Below, one piece after another: positions 17,623 to 27,868 of a DNA stretch of 64,000 nucleotides (positions are counted from its first letter, which is position 1; the number at the start of each line of letters is the position of its first letter). The notes under the pieces are model-generated. The model searched no databases, had not been told where the DNA came from, and saw only the letters and a program-made list of their open reading frames with translations. The position numbers and the translations under genes were made by a program. Location of the stretch: IMG/VR virus record IMGVR_UViG_3300020347_000003, positions 8,115-72,114 of that record; one strand, given 5' to 3'. The stretch comes from a virus.

Positions 17623-18585
17623 TTATATGATTTCTGGGTTATAAGGCAAGAAGAACCTAGATAGCTCCTCGTCTTCCAGCAATAGATCCGGCAAATTGTC
17701 TGTTGGGTAATGCTTCAGAAACTGGTTAGTATTACCATTGAGGGCTGGGTTTCCTGCCTGAGGTGTCATTTCCTCTAGCCAGTTCTGATACTTTTTGTCT
17801 TGGAATCCACCCTCGTAACCCATTTCTTTGAAGTTATCGTGAGCATGAGCAAATGACGTAGCCTTTGCCTTTCGAGTATTCTTGTTACCCATCCATGCAA
17901 AATGCCAACCCATTTCGGGGATACCTTTACCATGCGATCGGGGCCACACGGTCTTATAGTTTACATTGCCACATCGAATATTACTTACGCTTGACTTGGA
18001 AAGTTGAGCCTTGGTCGCAAAGAATGTAGAACGATCCCAAGGAAACCATGCACCATTCTCACCCCGACTGATATCCCATACTCTCAGATCAGCCCTACCT
18101 TGTAAAAAGACCAATGGTATTTTGACCACGATATTATTTCTTGCTGCTTGGTTGATTGTGTTGGCGACCCACTTGATATGGATCGGATTGATGATTTCGT
18201 CGGCATCACCATAAATGAACACATCGTCATCATTGAACATGTGCAAGGCCTGCAGGACACCATCTTTCTGAAGTCTTTCACGAATCCGAGCTCTGACCGA
18301 ATCAGGGTTTGATGCATTCACACCTGCATTATTGATATCAACTTCCAATGGCTCGAGCCACTCTGAATCATTAATGTGCTGTGGTATGTAGATAATTTTA
18401 TCCATCGGAAGCTTCAGCTCATTTGCGATTTCTTCAAATCTAAATGGTACTGGTTTTCCACTGTGTGTCTTATTGGATTCTACAATGACAAATTTATCAA
18501 CTATGTCCTTGTATAGATTTACTCTCAGCTTTAAGAGTTCTTTGCCGGTTGGAGCGAAGAATGGAAATGAATCAATTATTTGCAT
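17623..18585 (-). CDS. Glycosyltransferase, GT17-like (GlcNAc transferase family)
   Basis: VDKFVIVESNKTHSGKP, DADEI (DxD), GWHFAWMG, SFAH. Confidence 0.85.
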   Translation of the reverse strand: MQIIDSFPFFAPTGKELLKLRVNLYKDIVDKFVIVESNKTHSGKPVPFRFEEIANELKLPMDKIIYIPQHINDSEWLEPLEVDINNAGVNASNPDSVRARIRERLQKDGVLQALHMFNDDDVFIYGDADEIINPIHIKWVANTINQAARNNIVVKIPLVFLQGRADLRVWDISRGENGAWFPWDRSTFFATKAQLSKSSVSNIRCGNVNYKTVWPRSHGKGIPEMGWHFAWMGNKNTRKAKATSFAHAHDNFKEMGYEGGFQDKKYQNWLEEMTPQAGNPALNGNTNQFLKHYPTDNLPDLLLEDEELSRFFLPYNPEII

Positions 18586-19151
18586 CGTTCGAGTACTGTC
18601 AGCCCATTGTTATTAGTGTAATGCTTTTTGAATCTCCAGTGAGGATTATCAATCATAAAATCAATAATTGCTGGAAGTAGACCTTCACCTGCAATTGGCT
18701 TCTTTGGATACTGACCATCCATTCTTTCATCACGAGTACCGAATGTTTGTGTATCATGGAATGCAAGATATTTCTGAGCCTTATTGCCGTGAAGCCTAAG
18801 CTCTTGTCGAAGCTGACCATTGGTGTGCAGAGTGTCAATGAATAATAAATCGACCTCGGGTATTTCAATCTTAAGTACATCAGCCTCGATGTACGCGACA
18901 TCTCTACCATAGCCTTCTGACAAAAGCTTAAACATTTCAACAAGTCTTTGGTTTAATACGATATCATAGCATGTTAATTTAGCCTCAGTGTTCATAAAGG
19001 CCCGTGTACTCATACCTGACCGAACACCCATTTCAATAATCGTATCACACTCCCGACCCAGTTCGAGTAGAGTAGGGATATGTTCATTGATATCCGTTGG
19101 TGCATTTCGAGCAAAATTCAAAGCATTTTCTAAGAATACATCAAGACTCAT
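18576..19151 (-). CDS. Class I SAM-dependent methyltransferase
   Basis: EMGVRSGMS, DLLFIDTLH, AFHDT. Confidence 0.85.
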   Translation of the reverse strand: MSLDVFLENALNFARNAPTDINEHIPTLLELGRECDTIIEMGVRSGMSTRAFMNTEAKLTCYDIVLNQRLVEMFKLLSEGYGRDVAYIEADVLKIEIPEVDLLFIDTLHTNGQLRQELRLHGNKAQKYLAFHDTQTFGTRDERMDGQYPKKPIAGEGLLPAIIDFMIDNPHWRFKKHYTNNNGLTVLERCK

Positions 19152-19905
19152 GATTAATCTCCGTGTTTATTCTTTGTCTCTTTCTAAGGTTTATCAGTTC
19201 TCTGACTTGTTTATCATCTCTCTGATCTGCCGAGGGCAGGAAGTTTGCCTTGAGGTTTACCATCGGGGTGTTGTCGTTAACTAGATAGTACATGGCCAGA
19301 CTATATCTGTCATTTTGACTCACGTTAGCTAACCCATGATAGCTGTTTTCGGAGTTTTCAAATATCATACAAGTATTATACTCTGGGTTTACTACCTTGT
19401 TGGGTTCTTCGCATGCCGATGCACGGTCTTTATCCCACAGCCCCAGTTGACCTCCATCGGTTATTTGCCAATCTTTGTTAAGATAGACCAGTACACTGAT
19501 TTTACGCCTGTATTTTAACTTAGGGTGGTGACTATAATCAATGTGTGGATTCAATTTACCACCCGGTGGGTAATAATGCAACCCACCACCATGAAGTCCC
19601 ACATCAGGTTCTAACCCAGGTATCTCTAAGGTTTCAATCAGATAATCCGTGAATACTCTACTCGTTAGATACGTAAAAGCCTGATATAACTTACTATCAA
19701 ATTTATCCCATATGTTCATAGTCTTTTTGTACTCTATGGGATTGTTATAATAGCCGTTCCACTTGTGAGAATTCGGCACAGGCAATTCATCGTGTAATTC
19801 CTGGCAGAAGTCAGAATCCCAAAAATTTTCCAAACATGCATGTGGAAAGGGATCTGCCTGCCAGAAATTGCTCAGATTTGACCTGTGCTTTTGGAGATCG
19901 ATCAT
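19141..19905 (-). CDS. 2OG-Fe(II) oxygenase
   Basis: PFPH, GGGLH, HxD (HID) ... H (SYHG) ... RxS. Confidence 0.9.
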   Translation of the reverse strand: MIDLQKHRSNLSNFWQADPFPHACLENFWDSDFCQELHDELPVPNSHKWNGYYNNPIEYKKTMNIWDKFDSKLYQAFTYLTSRVFTDYLIETLEIPGLEPDVGLHGGGLHYYPPGGKLNPHIDYSHHPKLKYRRKISVLVYLNKDWQITDGGQLGLWDKDRASACEEPNKVVNPEYNTCMIFENSENSYHGLANVSQNDRYSLAMYYLVNDNTPMVNLKANFLPSADQRDDKQVRELINLRKRQRINTEINHES

Positions 19906-20927
19906 ACCTCAAGCCATCTCGTATTCTCAAGTGTCCACTGTACGACTTCTTTAATACGATCTTCAACCGGCTGTGGTTCCCAACCCATCTGTTTCATTCT
20001 CTCACCACTCAATGCGTAGCGAAGATCATGCCCAGGTCGACTGCTGTGGAAGTCCATAAACTGGTAGTTCAATTCTTTGCCTTGTGCATCAGCAATCATT
20101 TGTGCAAGCTCGAGATTATTCAGCTCGGTAGCACCGCAGATGTTGAACTTCGGACACTTAATGCCATTGTTCTCTTCTGCGTTGAGTGTATGCTCATTCT
20201 GGAGCAAGAAAAGAGTAGCATCAGCAACGTCTTCAGCATGAATATAATGTCGTGACCCTGGTATTGTCTTTGTCTCGTCAGAGTGAATCGTGATCATATC
20301 ACCATCTCTGGCTCGACGAATACACAATGGAATAAACTTTTCGGGGTGTTGGCGTTGGCCAAATACGTTCATTGTATGCGTAATGTAGATAGGCATATTA
20401 TAGGTATTTTGATATGCAACTGCAAGTTCTTCACCACCAGCCTTCGATGCGCTGTAAGGATTCGTGCTGTTATACCTATCATATTCATCATACTTGACGC
20501 CATTTGGTGCTGGGCCAAATACCTCATCAGTAGAGAAGTACACAAATCTTTCTAGGTTTGGTTGCTTTCGAGCGAATTCAAGAATATTACAAGTACCGAC
20601 AACATTATCCATCACGAACTCCATAGGGTGATCGATACTGCGATCTACGTGAGATCCTGCTGCGAGGTGAGCAACGATTTCACACGGACCAATATCAGCA
20701 ACAATCTGAGGGTTCAGTTCTGCCTTGAGATCGTGAAAAATGGTTCGAACTCTTTTGCGTTCCTCTGCTGTACGATCTTGCAGAAGATCATGCAGACGGT
20801 TGAGATTACCACTATAATCTAAACGATCAATAGTGACCACATTCCAGTCTGTACGCATGAGTACTTGGTTGATTAGATGGTGGGCAATAAAACCACCGCC
20901 ACCGGTTATGAGAATTGTTTTAGCCAT
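19902..20927 (-). CDS. NAD-dependent nucleotide-sugar dehydratase (dTDP-glucose 4,6-dehydratase-like)
   Basis: TGGGGFI, SHVDRSI, STDEVFG, YSASK, RPGHDLRY. Confidence 0.92.
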   Translation of the reverse strand: MAKTILITGGGGFIAHHLINQVLMRTDWNVVTIDRLDYSGNLNRLHDLLQDRTAEERKRVRTIFHDLKAELNPQIVADIGPCEIVAHLAAGSHVDRSIDHPMEFVMDNVVGTCNILEFARKQPNLERFVYFSTDEVFGPAPNGVKYDEYDRYNSTNPYSASKAGGEELAVAYQNTYNMPIYITHTMNVFGQRQHPEKFIPLCIRRARDGDMITIHSDETKTIPGSRHYIHAEDVADATLFLLQNEHTLNAEENNGIKCPKFNICGATELNNLELAQMIADAQGKELNYQFMDFHSSRPGHDLRYALSGERMKQMGWEPQPVEDRIKEVVQWTLENTRWLEV

Positions 20928-20964
20928 TTCGATTCCTTCATCAAAAACATTATATTGATTTTAT

Positions 20965-21159
20965 TTATGTGTTGTCACCATCACGATATTCGATATCAGA
21001 CTTGTCAAAAGGCTTGATCCGGTTGCCATAATAATCGTGAGTACCTGCTCGGTAATTCCGCTTACGTTCATCTAGCATCAGAGTCGATTCCCAAATCATT
21101 GCTCCCAGAAAAACACAAACGGCAATTCCCAACACAAACTGTAATACGTCTAGTAACAT
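20965..21159 (-). CDS. Small membrane protein
   Basis: N-terminal TM helix. Confidence 0.6.
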   Translation of the reverse strand: MLLDVLQFVLGIAVCVFLGAMIWESTLMLDERKRNYRAGTHDYYGNRIKPFDKSDIEYRDGDNT

Positions 21160-21189
21160 AAGAAAGATCCTGTGATAAAATACCCTACC

Positions 21190-21218
21190 ATTCTATCACA
21201 AGATCCATATGATGTCAA
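21190..21218 (-). promoter_or_regulatory. sigma70-type promoter
   Basis: TTGACA-17 nt-TAGAAT. Confidence 0.7.
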
Positions 21219-21219
21219 C

Positions 21220-21711
21220 CTATTTTTTCTTTTTCTTTGCCATCAAAGCAACTGCTTTGTCGTAATCGGCTTGAGACACTACACCTTCCTTGAGCAATTT
21301 CTCACGGTTGGCTAGATGCGCTGTCTGTGTCTCTTCTTTTGAACCACCATAGTAAGGTACACAATGACCCTCGTCAGCCATAACTGCTGTCACTGCTCTC
21401 CAAGCATCATGTTTGGGATCATAGACATCAAAATCGCCTAAGACACGACCAAACTTACCCTTCATATCCTCACCATCTTTGGCGACCTGGGTCTTCAATA
21501 CACAAGTCTTGCCGAGCAAAGACTTAAGTCGATTCTTGGCTGCAAGACCAAAAACCTTTTCTACCTTATCACTTGTTCTTGATTCGGGTGTATCAATGCC
21601 CATGATGCGAACACGCTCATCAGACAGGACTATACCAAAACCAAGTTCAATATCTACATCAACAGTATCGCCGTCAACGACACGGTTAATCTTTGCTCTA
21701 TATTCGTACAT
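21220..21711 (-). CDS. Thermonuclease (SNase-like)
   Basis: RVVDGDTVD, RIMGIDTPE, GKFGRVLG. Confidence 0.9.
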   Translation of the reverse strand: MYEYRAKINRVVDGDTVDVDIELGFGIVLSDERVRIMGIDTPESRTSDKVEKVFGLAAKNRLKSLLGKTCVLKTQVAKDGEDMKGKFGRVLGDFDVYDPKHDAWRAVTAVMADEGHCVPYYGGSKEETQTAHLANREKLLKEGVVSQADYDKAVALMAKKKKK

Positions 21712-21733
21712 TGTGGTTCCCTTTTTTTTATTA

Positions 21734-21955
21734 TTAGAATATTTTACCTATTAGATAGACGAACCCCATTAGAAAGAACATACTAAGTGCAGATTCAAAA
21801 CCATCTAAAACCCATACAACTGGAAATCCCCCAAACCATACAGTCTTAAATGCATAGTCTTTCCAATTCCAAACGATGTAGAATAAACCTTCCCACGATC
21901 GCATGTTGTCTGGCCTTTCGGGACCAAAGTCAAGCTTTGGTTGTTTATCTCCCAT
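21734..21955 (-). CDS. Small membrane protein
   Basis: Hydrophobic C-terminal half. Confidence 0.6.
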   Translation of the reverse strand: MGDKQPKLDFGPERPDNMRSWEGLFYIVWNWKDYAFKTVWFGGFPVVWVLDGFESALSMFFLMGFVYLIGKIF

Positions 21956-21957
21956 AT

Positions 21958-22263
21958 TTATTCCCTTGGAAAGCCTTCTTGTACGAATACACCCATTGTA
22001 CCGATTTGACCATCAGTAAGCTGCATGGCTTGTGGCCACATCATCTGCGACTGGGGACCTACTATCTCACCATTCTTATAGAGTGTGAGCTTGGTGATGA
22101 TTTCATCAGCAGATTTGTCATAGAGAGAAGGGCCAATGCCACCCTCACCACGAGCTCCATGGCAAGCTGCACATGTATTCCACTGTTGACGAATTTCATA
22201 GAAACGATCTGCACTTGCGGGGAGTGCGAAAAGAATGCAAGTAAAAGCGATCAAATATTTCAT
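21958..22263 (-). CDS. Periplasmic monoheme c-type cytochrome (c553/c4-like)
   Basis: Signal peptide, CAACH heme-attachment motif, GPSL, distal Met in MMWPQA. Confidence 0.9.
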   Translation of the reverse strand: MKYLIAFTCILFALPASADRFYEIRQQWNTCAACHGARGEGGIGPSLYDKSADEIITKLTLYKNGEIVGPQSQMMWPQAMQLTDGQIGTMGVFVQEGFPRE

Positions 22264-22431
22264 AAAGGTTATCCTCATTTTGTATCATAATAAATGCATG
22301 TATATGTATGGCGATTATCAGTCTCACCACATACCATACAACGGTTTTGTTGCTCTTTGTAATCAAACTGCCGGTGGTGTTTATCTTCCCACACAGCGCG
22401 TTCGGTTAATTTCTTTTGATCTTCAGTTGTA

Positions 22432-23577
22432 TCAGTCATTTAAGTATTTCACGATTCTCTCGGCCAAATGTGCAAACCAAATCTCATCGCGTCCTCTTGT
22501 TGTCTCAGCGGCAGTGCCGATTCGTATACCAGATGTTTCCATAAATGGTCGGGGATCATTTGGTATTCCATTTTTGTTGACTGTAATCCTGCGACCCTCA
22601 AGTCTATCGGCCGCTTCTCTACCCGAATATTTGCTTTTACTCAAATCGAGTAGAATGATATGGCTGTCAGTACCACCTGTAAGAATATCAAAACCAGCTT
22701 CAGTAAAGATACCAGCCATGGCCTGAGCATTCTTAATTACCTGAGCTCCATATTTCTCAAAGTCGACAGTAGAAGCCTCAACAAAAGCTTGAGCCTTGGC
22801 AGCAATAATATTCATCAATGGACCACCCTGTGTACCAGGAAAGACAGAACTATTAATTCTTCTACTGTGTGCCTTATCGTTCCATAGGATAATGCCACCT
22901 CGTGGACCACGTAATGTCTTGTGTGTCGTACTGGTAACAACATCGGCATATTCAAGAGGGCTGTCGTATACACCAGCTGCAATCAAACCCGAATAGTGTG
23001 CCATATCAACCATCAGGAGGGCTCCGGCTTGATCAGCAATAAATCTAAATGCCTCCCAATCAATTTGCCGAGGGTATGCTGACGCACCAGCGATAATCAT
23101 TCTTGGTCTATAACTACATGCCAATTTCATAACTTCTTCGTAGTCGATATATCCATTTTCGTCCACACCATATGTCATGGCATCATAGATCTTACCGGAC
23201 ATATTGACTGGAGCCCCATGTGAGAGGTGACCACCAGATGCGAGATCCATACCTAAGATTCTATCACCGGGCGTTAAGAAAGCTTGAAAGACAGCACCGT
23301 TAGCATTTGCACCAGAGTGAGGTTGGACATTGGCAAATTCACAATCATAAAGAGATTTGAGCTGTTCGATTGCAAATGTTTCAATCTCGTCCATATGATC
23401 ACAGCCATTGTAATAACGCCGGCCTGGGTAGCCTTCAGCATATTTGTTTGTAAACACTGAGCCACATAGTGCCATTACCTCATCACTGGCAAAATTCTCA
23501 CTCGCGATTAACTCTATAGTAGTTTCTTGACGTTTCATTTCATTACGCCATATTAAATCAATCTCGGGGTGTAACAA
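22432..23577 (-). CDS. glyA: Serine hydroxymethyltransferase
   Basis: ELIASEN, NKYAEGYPG, GGHLSHG, TTHKTLRGPRGG (PLP lysine), SGIRIGT. Confidence 0.97.
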   Translation of the reverse strand: MLHPEIDLIWRNEMKRQETTIELIASENFASDEVMALCGSVFTNKYAEGYPGRRYYNGCDHMDEIETFAIEQLKSLYDCEFANVQPHSGANANGAVFQAFLTPGDRILGMDLASGGHLSHGAPVNMSGKIYDAMTYGVDENGYIDYEEVMKLACSYRPRMIIAGASAYPRQIDWEAFRFIADQAGALLMVDMAHYSGLIAAGVYDSPLEYADVVTSTTHKTLRGPRGGIILWNDKAHSRRINSSVFPGTQGGPLMNIIAAKAQAFVEASTVDFEKYGAQVIKNAQAMAGIFTEAGFDILTGGTDSHIILLDLSKSKYSGREAADRLEGRRITVNKNGIPNDPRPFMETSGIRIGTAAETTRGRDEIWFAHLAERIVKYLND

Positions 23578-23821
23578 GACTTGTGTCCTCCATCATTAAT
23601 TGTGTTTGAACCGCTGAGTAAAACTCTCTGTAGTGACCGATATATTTATCGTCCCACCATATGTGAGGTATCTTTTGCATGTCGACATGTTCTGAACGAA
23701 GTTGCCTGTAGTATTTGGACAGACCAATATCTTTATATTCGTACGGGATTCCGTACTTCTTTGCAAGACTTACTGCATCATGGCAGAATCCACACTGCGC
23801 TGTGCCGTAAATTGTGATCAT
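23558..23821 (-). CDS. Glutaredoxin
   Basis: CGFC motif, IPHI, YIG. Confidence 0.8.
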   Translation of the reverse strand: MITIYGTAQCGFCHDAVSLAKKYGIPYEYKDIGLSKYYRQLRSEHVDMQKIPHIWWDDKYIGHYREFYSAVQTQLMMEDTSLVTPRD

Positions 23822-24174
23822 GACTTAGGTTTCATTTCTTCCCAATTATCGATGAAGGCTAACTTCTTTTCTTCACCCCAACCATCTGGACCTTCGACGA
23901 GATATCTATTATCAGTGTCGAAAATATTTAGCATTGCCTCTCGGTCAACGAGTGTCATATCAACCACGTGCTGACCTAAAAATGACTGAGAGAATTCCTT
24001 GGCTTGTTCAGCCACGACACATTCTTCGAGCCACACTAATGCGGTCTCTTCGTCCAAGTCGTGATCTTTGTTTAGTTCTTGTAGTCTTTCAACTGGAATA
24101 ACATATCTTTGTCTGAAGGTAGACACTACCGTTGCGACTGCATACTTGCCTTCAATTTCACTTTTCATAATCAA
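23818..24174 (-). CDS. Hypothetical protein
   Basis: VSTFRQRYVI and KEFSQ motifs. Confidence 0.7.
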   Translation of the reverse strand: MIMKSEIEGKYAVATVVSTFRQRYVIPVERLQELNKDHDLDEETALVWLEECVVAEQAKEFSQSFLGQHVVDMTLVDREAMLNIFDTDNRYLVEGPDGWGEEKKLAFIDNWEEMKPKS

Positions 24175-24269
24175 ATCACCTTTTTTAAATGAATAATAAA
24201 CCTACAAAGAATCCTATATTTAGCCCTAATGAGCAGGCCAATATAAAATCCTTCGAAAAACTAGACTTC

Positions 24270-24437
24270 TCAAACGTTACTGCGTGGCTCTCGTCCACTA
24301 CCCTGTAATGTATTTTGCTGTTTTCCATCCGATTTGATTAATACCCTTGTTCTAATATCAGATCCAAAGTCTCGAGCATAAACCGTTTTACCACGGTCGG
24401 GTGACTCGTAGATTTTTGGTGCGTTCGTATCTTTCAT
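24270..24437 (-). CDS. Small hypothetical protein
   Basis: Manual translation containing KIYESPDRGKTVYAR; AGGAG SD. Confidence 0.55.
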   Translation of the reverse strand: MKDTNAPKIYESPDRGKTVYARDFGSDIRTRVLIKSDGKQQNTLQGSGREPRSNV

Positions 24438-24448
24438 TTCAACAACTC

Positions 24449-24703
24449 CTACATATTTTTGACATTATCTTGAATTCTTGCCCAGATATATTCTGCTTCT
24501 GGGAATTCGACCATCTCGTCCACTTGCATGTCGATATAGTCTAGCTCGTCTAAATTGGATGTGGTCACCTCTAGTTTCCACATGTCAATAATAGCCTGGC
24601 TAAATGCTGCGTTATTCAATGCTTGAGGTCCAAAAGCTCTCACGAGATCTTCCAGTGAATACTCACGTGGGGGCTGTTCATTTCTTCTATCCTTTTTGGC
24701 CAT
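24449..24703 (-). CDS. Hypothetical protein
   Basis: 84-aa ORF with GGAG SD. Confidence 0.6.
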   Translation of the reverse strand: MAKKDRRNEQPPREYSLEDLVRAFGPQALNNAAFSQAIIDMWKLEVTTSNLDELDYIDMQVDEMVEFPEAEYIWARIQDNVKNM

Positions 24704-25130
24704 GTGCAGTGTCTCCTTTCAACCAACCGATCTTTTCACCGGCTTTTACTCGACGATCATACTCTTCTACAGAACCTGGATATCTCCAAGCCCAAACAAG
24801 CCAGAAAAGCATGAATAAACCTATACTAATTGTAGCAACTAGCTTTAATTGTAAATAAAGAATCCAACTAAAACTGAATAGACAACAAGCCAACATGACA
24901 TATTTAGCTTTCGTTGGATAAATTCTTTTATTTGTCCAATTCTGTACATAAGGTCCAAATGTGGGATGTTCCCACACCCATTTTTCTAGTTTAGGTGAAC
25001 TTTTACTAAAACACCATAACGCAAGAAGTAGAAAAGAAGTGGTCGGAATGCCCGGTACGAGGGCTCCTATGTAAGCCATTCCCACCGATAACAGTCCTGC
25101 TGCTCTCCACAAATTTCTACGTATGTTCAT
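24687..25130 (-). CDS. ybaN: YbaN/DUF454 inner-membrane protein
   Basis: [26 protein letters not shown]...HPTFGPY. Confidence 0.88.
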   Translation of the reverse strand: MNIRRNLWRAAGLLSVGMAYIGALVPGIPTTSFLLLALWCFSKSSPKLEKWVWEHPTFGPYVQNWTNKRIYPTKAKYVMLACCLFSFSWILYLQLKLVATISIGLFMLFWLVWAWRYPGSVEEYDRRVKAGEKIGWLKGDTAHGQKG

Positions 25131-26316
25131 TAAATACTCCCTTCAAAGCTGTGACCAAGTCATGCATCATGCCATCATCATGTAATGGTGTTGGTGTAAT
25201 TCTCAATCGTTCTGTTCCCACATCTACAGTGGGGTAATTTATTGGTTGAATGTATAATCCATATTTATTTAACAAAGTATCACTTATCGATTTACATTTC
25301 TTTGCATCACCCACCATTACGGGGACAATGTGTGTACATGCCGAATCGTGTACTTTCAATCCAGCATTTTTGATCATTCTTTTCAAAGTAGCAGCACGTT
25401 CTTGATGCTGTTCTCTTAGATTGTCATGATCTTTTAAATAACGTATTGACGCAATGGCTCCTGCACAAACGACAGGTGATGTTGAGGTGGTGAAGATGAA
25501 GCCGGACGCAACAGACCGAATTGCATCAAGAACATCACTATCACCAGCAATATACCCACCGTGGCAACCAAACGCCTTTCCAAGTGTTCCATTTATAATA
25601 TCTACCCTATCTTCCTCTATTCTCTCACAAAATCCAGCTCCTGTCAACCCATAAAGACCGACTGCGTGAACTTCATCAATATATGTGATAGCATTATACT
25701 CTTCTGCCAGATCACAAATTTCCTTAATCGGTGAGACGTCTCCATCCATACTGTATACCGACTCAAAGACGATGCAAGGTGTCTTACCTTCCATCTTGGC
25801 CCATTGTAAATAAAATCTCAGTTCACGTAGGTCATTATGTTGCCAGACTTTCTTATCGGCACCACTGTGTCGAATACCTTGAATCATGCTGGCATGATTT
25901 TTCGAATCACTCAGATAAACAAGATTGGGAATGATTTCTGCCAGAGCAACCAATGACCATTCATTGGCGACATAGGCTGATGTGAATAGAACGGCAGATT
26001 CTTTTTTATGTAATTCTGCCAATTCTTTTTCCAAAGTTACATGGAAATGAGATGTACCACCGATGTTACGTGTACCACCACTTCCAGCACCTGTCTTATC
26101 AAGAGCAGTATGCATGGCATCAATCACATATTGATTCTGACCCATACATAGATAATCATTTGAACACCAATTTACGATATTCTTTGGGGCGTATTTTCCA
26201 TACCAAGTAGCGTTAGGAAATTCACCCCTCGTTCTTACAATATCATTAAAGACTCGATACTTACCTTCGTCTTTTAATGTTTTAATTACATCATTAAACG
26301 GTGTCTTGTCGATCAT
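25117..26316 (-). CDS. hemA: 5-aminolevulinate synthase (Shemin/C4 pathway)
   Basis: [54 protein letters not shown] (PLP lysine), GFIFTT. Confidence 0.95.
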   Translation of the reverse strand: MIDKTPFNDVIKTLKDEGKYRVFNDIVRTRGEFPNATWYGKYAPKNIVNWCSNDYLCMGQNQYVIDAMHTALDKTGAGSGGTRNIGGTSHFHVTLEKELAELHKKESAVLFTSAYVANEWSLVALAEIIPNLVYLSDSKNHASMIQGIRHSGADKKVWQHNDLRELRFYLQWAKMEGKTPCIVFESVYSMDGDVSPIKEICDLAEEYNAITYIDEVHAVGLYGLTGAGFCERIEEDRVDIINGTLGKAFGCHGGYIAGDSDVLDAIRSVASGFIFTTSTSPVVCAGAIASIRYLKDHDNLREQHQERAATLKRMIKNAGLKVHDSACTHIVPVMVGDAKKCKSISDTLLNKYGLYIQPINYPTVDVGTERLRITPTPLHDDGMMHDLVTALKGVFNEHT

Positions 26317-26674
26317 TAACTTTGTCCCAAATATTATCGGCAGTAAACCGATAAGCCCCAATACATTCATACCGAGTCCAATTCTCAATTAGGCTCAGCA
26401 TATATCCATTTTCTGCATTATACAGATAATATATATGCCCAACCTTTGGTACAAAATTGTATGTCGCACAATACACCATCTCTGTTTGTTTTGCTGCTTC
26501 TACCAACTCTTCATATTCACGATTGAGTTGATTCAGCCTTTCTTCAAAATATTTGCTGGCATTTGCTCCACGTTCTGTTTTGAAGAGGTCAGTGTCCGGC
26601 AACTGAATAGCCGGAGCACTGACATTCGAACCATAAGGTAGGAGCCCAGGGGCACTAGGCAGCGTATGCTTCAT
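26294..26674 (-). CDS. DUF2452-like protein
   Basis: [13 protein letters not shown] ... [12 protein letters not shown]. Confidence 0.7.
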   Translation of the reverse strand: MKHTLPSAPGLLPYGSNVSAPAIQLPDTDLFKTERGANASKYFEERLNQLNREYEELVEAAKQTEMVYCATYNFVPKVGHIYYLYNAENGYMLSLIENWTRYECIGAYRFTADNIWDKVNDRQDTV

Positions 26675-27857
26675 CCCAATTACCCGATAAGCCAGCTACT
26701 TCATACTCTGTCACTCTGTTCTCAAAGAAGTTGGTATGGTCTGCACCATTCAGTACCCATTCGAGCCAAGAAAGTGGGTTGTCTTTTACCCTAAAGTTTG
26801 GTTTCATACCTAATTGAATCAATCGACGATCTGTGATATATCGAATGTATTGCTTGACCTCTGTCATTTCAAGGCCTTCAATTTGACCCATCTTATAGGC
26901 TAACTCGACAAATTTGTCTTCTAACTTAACCACCTGACGAGACATTTCATAAATCTCAGCCTTGAATTCATCGTCTACAATACGAGGATGTTCTTGGCAG
27001 AAGACCTTAAACAGTTTAGAGTTACCTTCTACGTGCATTGATTCATCACGGATAGACCATTCGACGACCTTACCCATCCCTTTCATCTTACCAAACCGTT
27101 GAAAGTTCAGCAACATTACGAATGATGCAAAGAGAGCAACACCTTCATTGAAGACAGATTTTGCAAGAGCGAGACCAAGACCACGCATGGTATTAACGTC
27201 TGCCTCCATCATGTATTCAATCTTATCAGCCATTTCTTTATACTCCAGAAACGCGTGATATTCTTCATTTGAAAGACCTAGTGTCTCATTCAAAAGAGCA
27301 TAAGCTCTCTGGTGAATACCTTCCCGAGCAGCAAACGATGAAAGCATATTGCGAACTTCGTTGTTCTTAAACTTGGGAATGAACTGATCAAAATAGTTTT
27401 GGCCAACAGCGACATCGCTTTGTGTAAAGAGACGAAGAATGTTGGTGATGTATTCCTTTTCGACATCGGTGATCTTACCACCTTTCCAGTCAGATACATC
27501 TTCAGAGAGGTCGAGCTCGTCTTCAATCCAATGGGCTTTTTCGTGTCGAGTAGTGATGTCAATGGCCCATGGGTAATGAAAAGGCTTATACGTCTCAGAA
27601 AACTCCATTAAACCACCGGATGATTTCTTAATCAAGGTATCAGCAATTTTCATTAAGTCATTATATGTTCCAATTTGCTTGTCGTCGATAAAGATTTGAG
27701 GTACCGACCGGACGTTTGGATATTTCTGGTAGAATGACATTCGTTGCTCTTCATCATCCAATTTAATTTCTGTAAAAGTAAAATTATGTAGTTTGAACCA
27801 TGCCTTTGCCTTATCACAAAACGGGCAAAATGATTTCGAGTAGATTACTACTTGCAT
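26655..27857 (-). CDS. nrdB: Class I ribonucleotide reductase beta subunit with N-terminal glutaredoxin domain
   Basis: CPFC/VPQIF Grx domain, then KPFHYPW, D..EGIH..Y, EG, RDESMH and NFFE. Confidence 0.95.
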   Translation of the reverse strand: MQVVIYSKSFCPFCDKAKAWFKLHNFTFTEIKLDDEEQRMSFYQKYPNVRSVPQIFIDDKQIGTYNDLMKIADTLIKKSSGGLMEFSETYKPFHYPWAIDITTRHEKAHWIEDELDLSEDVSDWKGGKITDVEKEYITNILRLFTQSDVAVGQNYFDQFIPKFKNNEVRNMLSSFAAREGIHQRAYALLNETLGLSNEEYHAFLEYKEMADKIEYMMEADVNTMRGLGLALAKSVFNEGVALFASFVMLLNFQRFGKMKGMGKVVEWSIRDESMHVEGNSKLFKVFCQEHPRIVDDEFKAEIYEMSRQVVKLEDKFVELAYKMGQIEGLEMTEVKQYIRYITDRRLIQLGMKPNFRVKDNPLSWLEWVLNGADHTNFFENRVTEYEVAGLSGNWDEAYAA

Positions 27858-27868
27858 TGGGGGAATCC

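Noticed and set aside
21958-26316. Host chromosomal contamination as the source of the metabolic genes
   Set aside because: The genes overlap or are interleaved with typical small phage ORFs and T4-like nrd/primase genes on the same strand with no visible compositional break; read-level confirmation is still advisable
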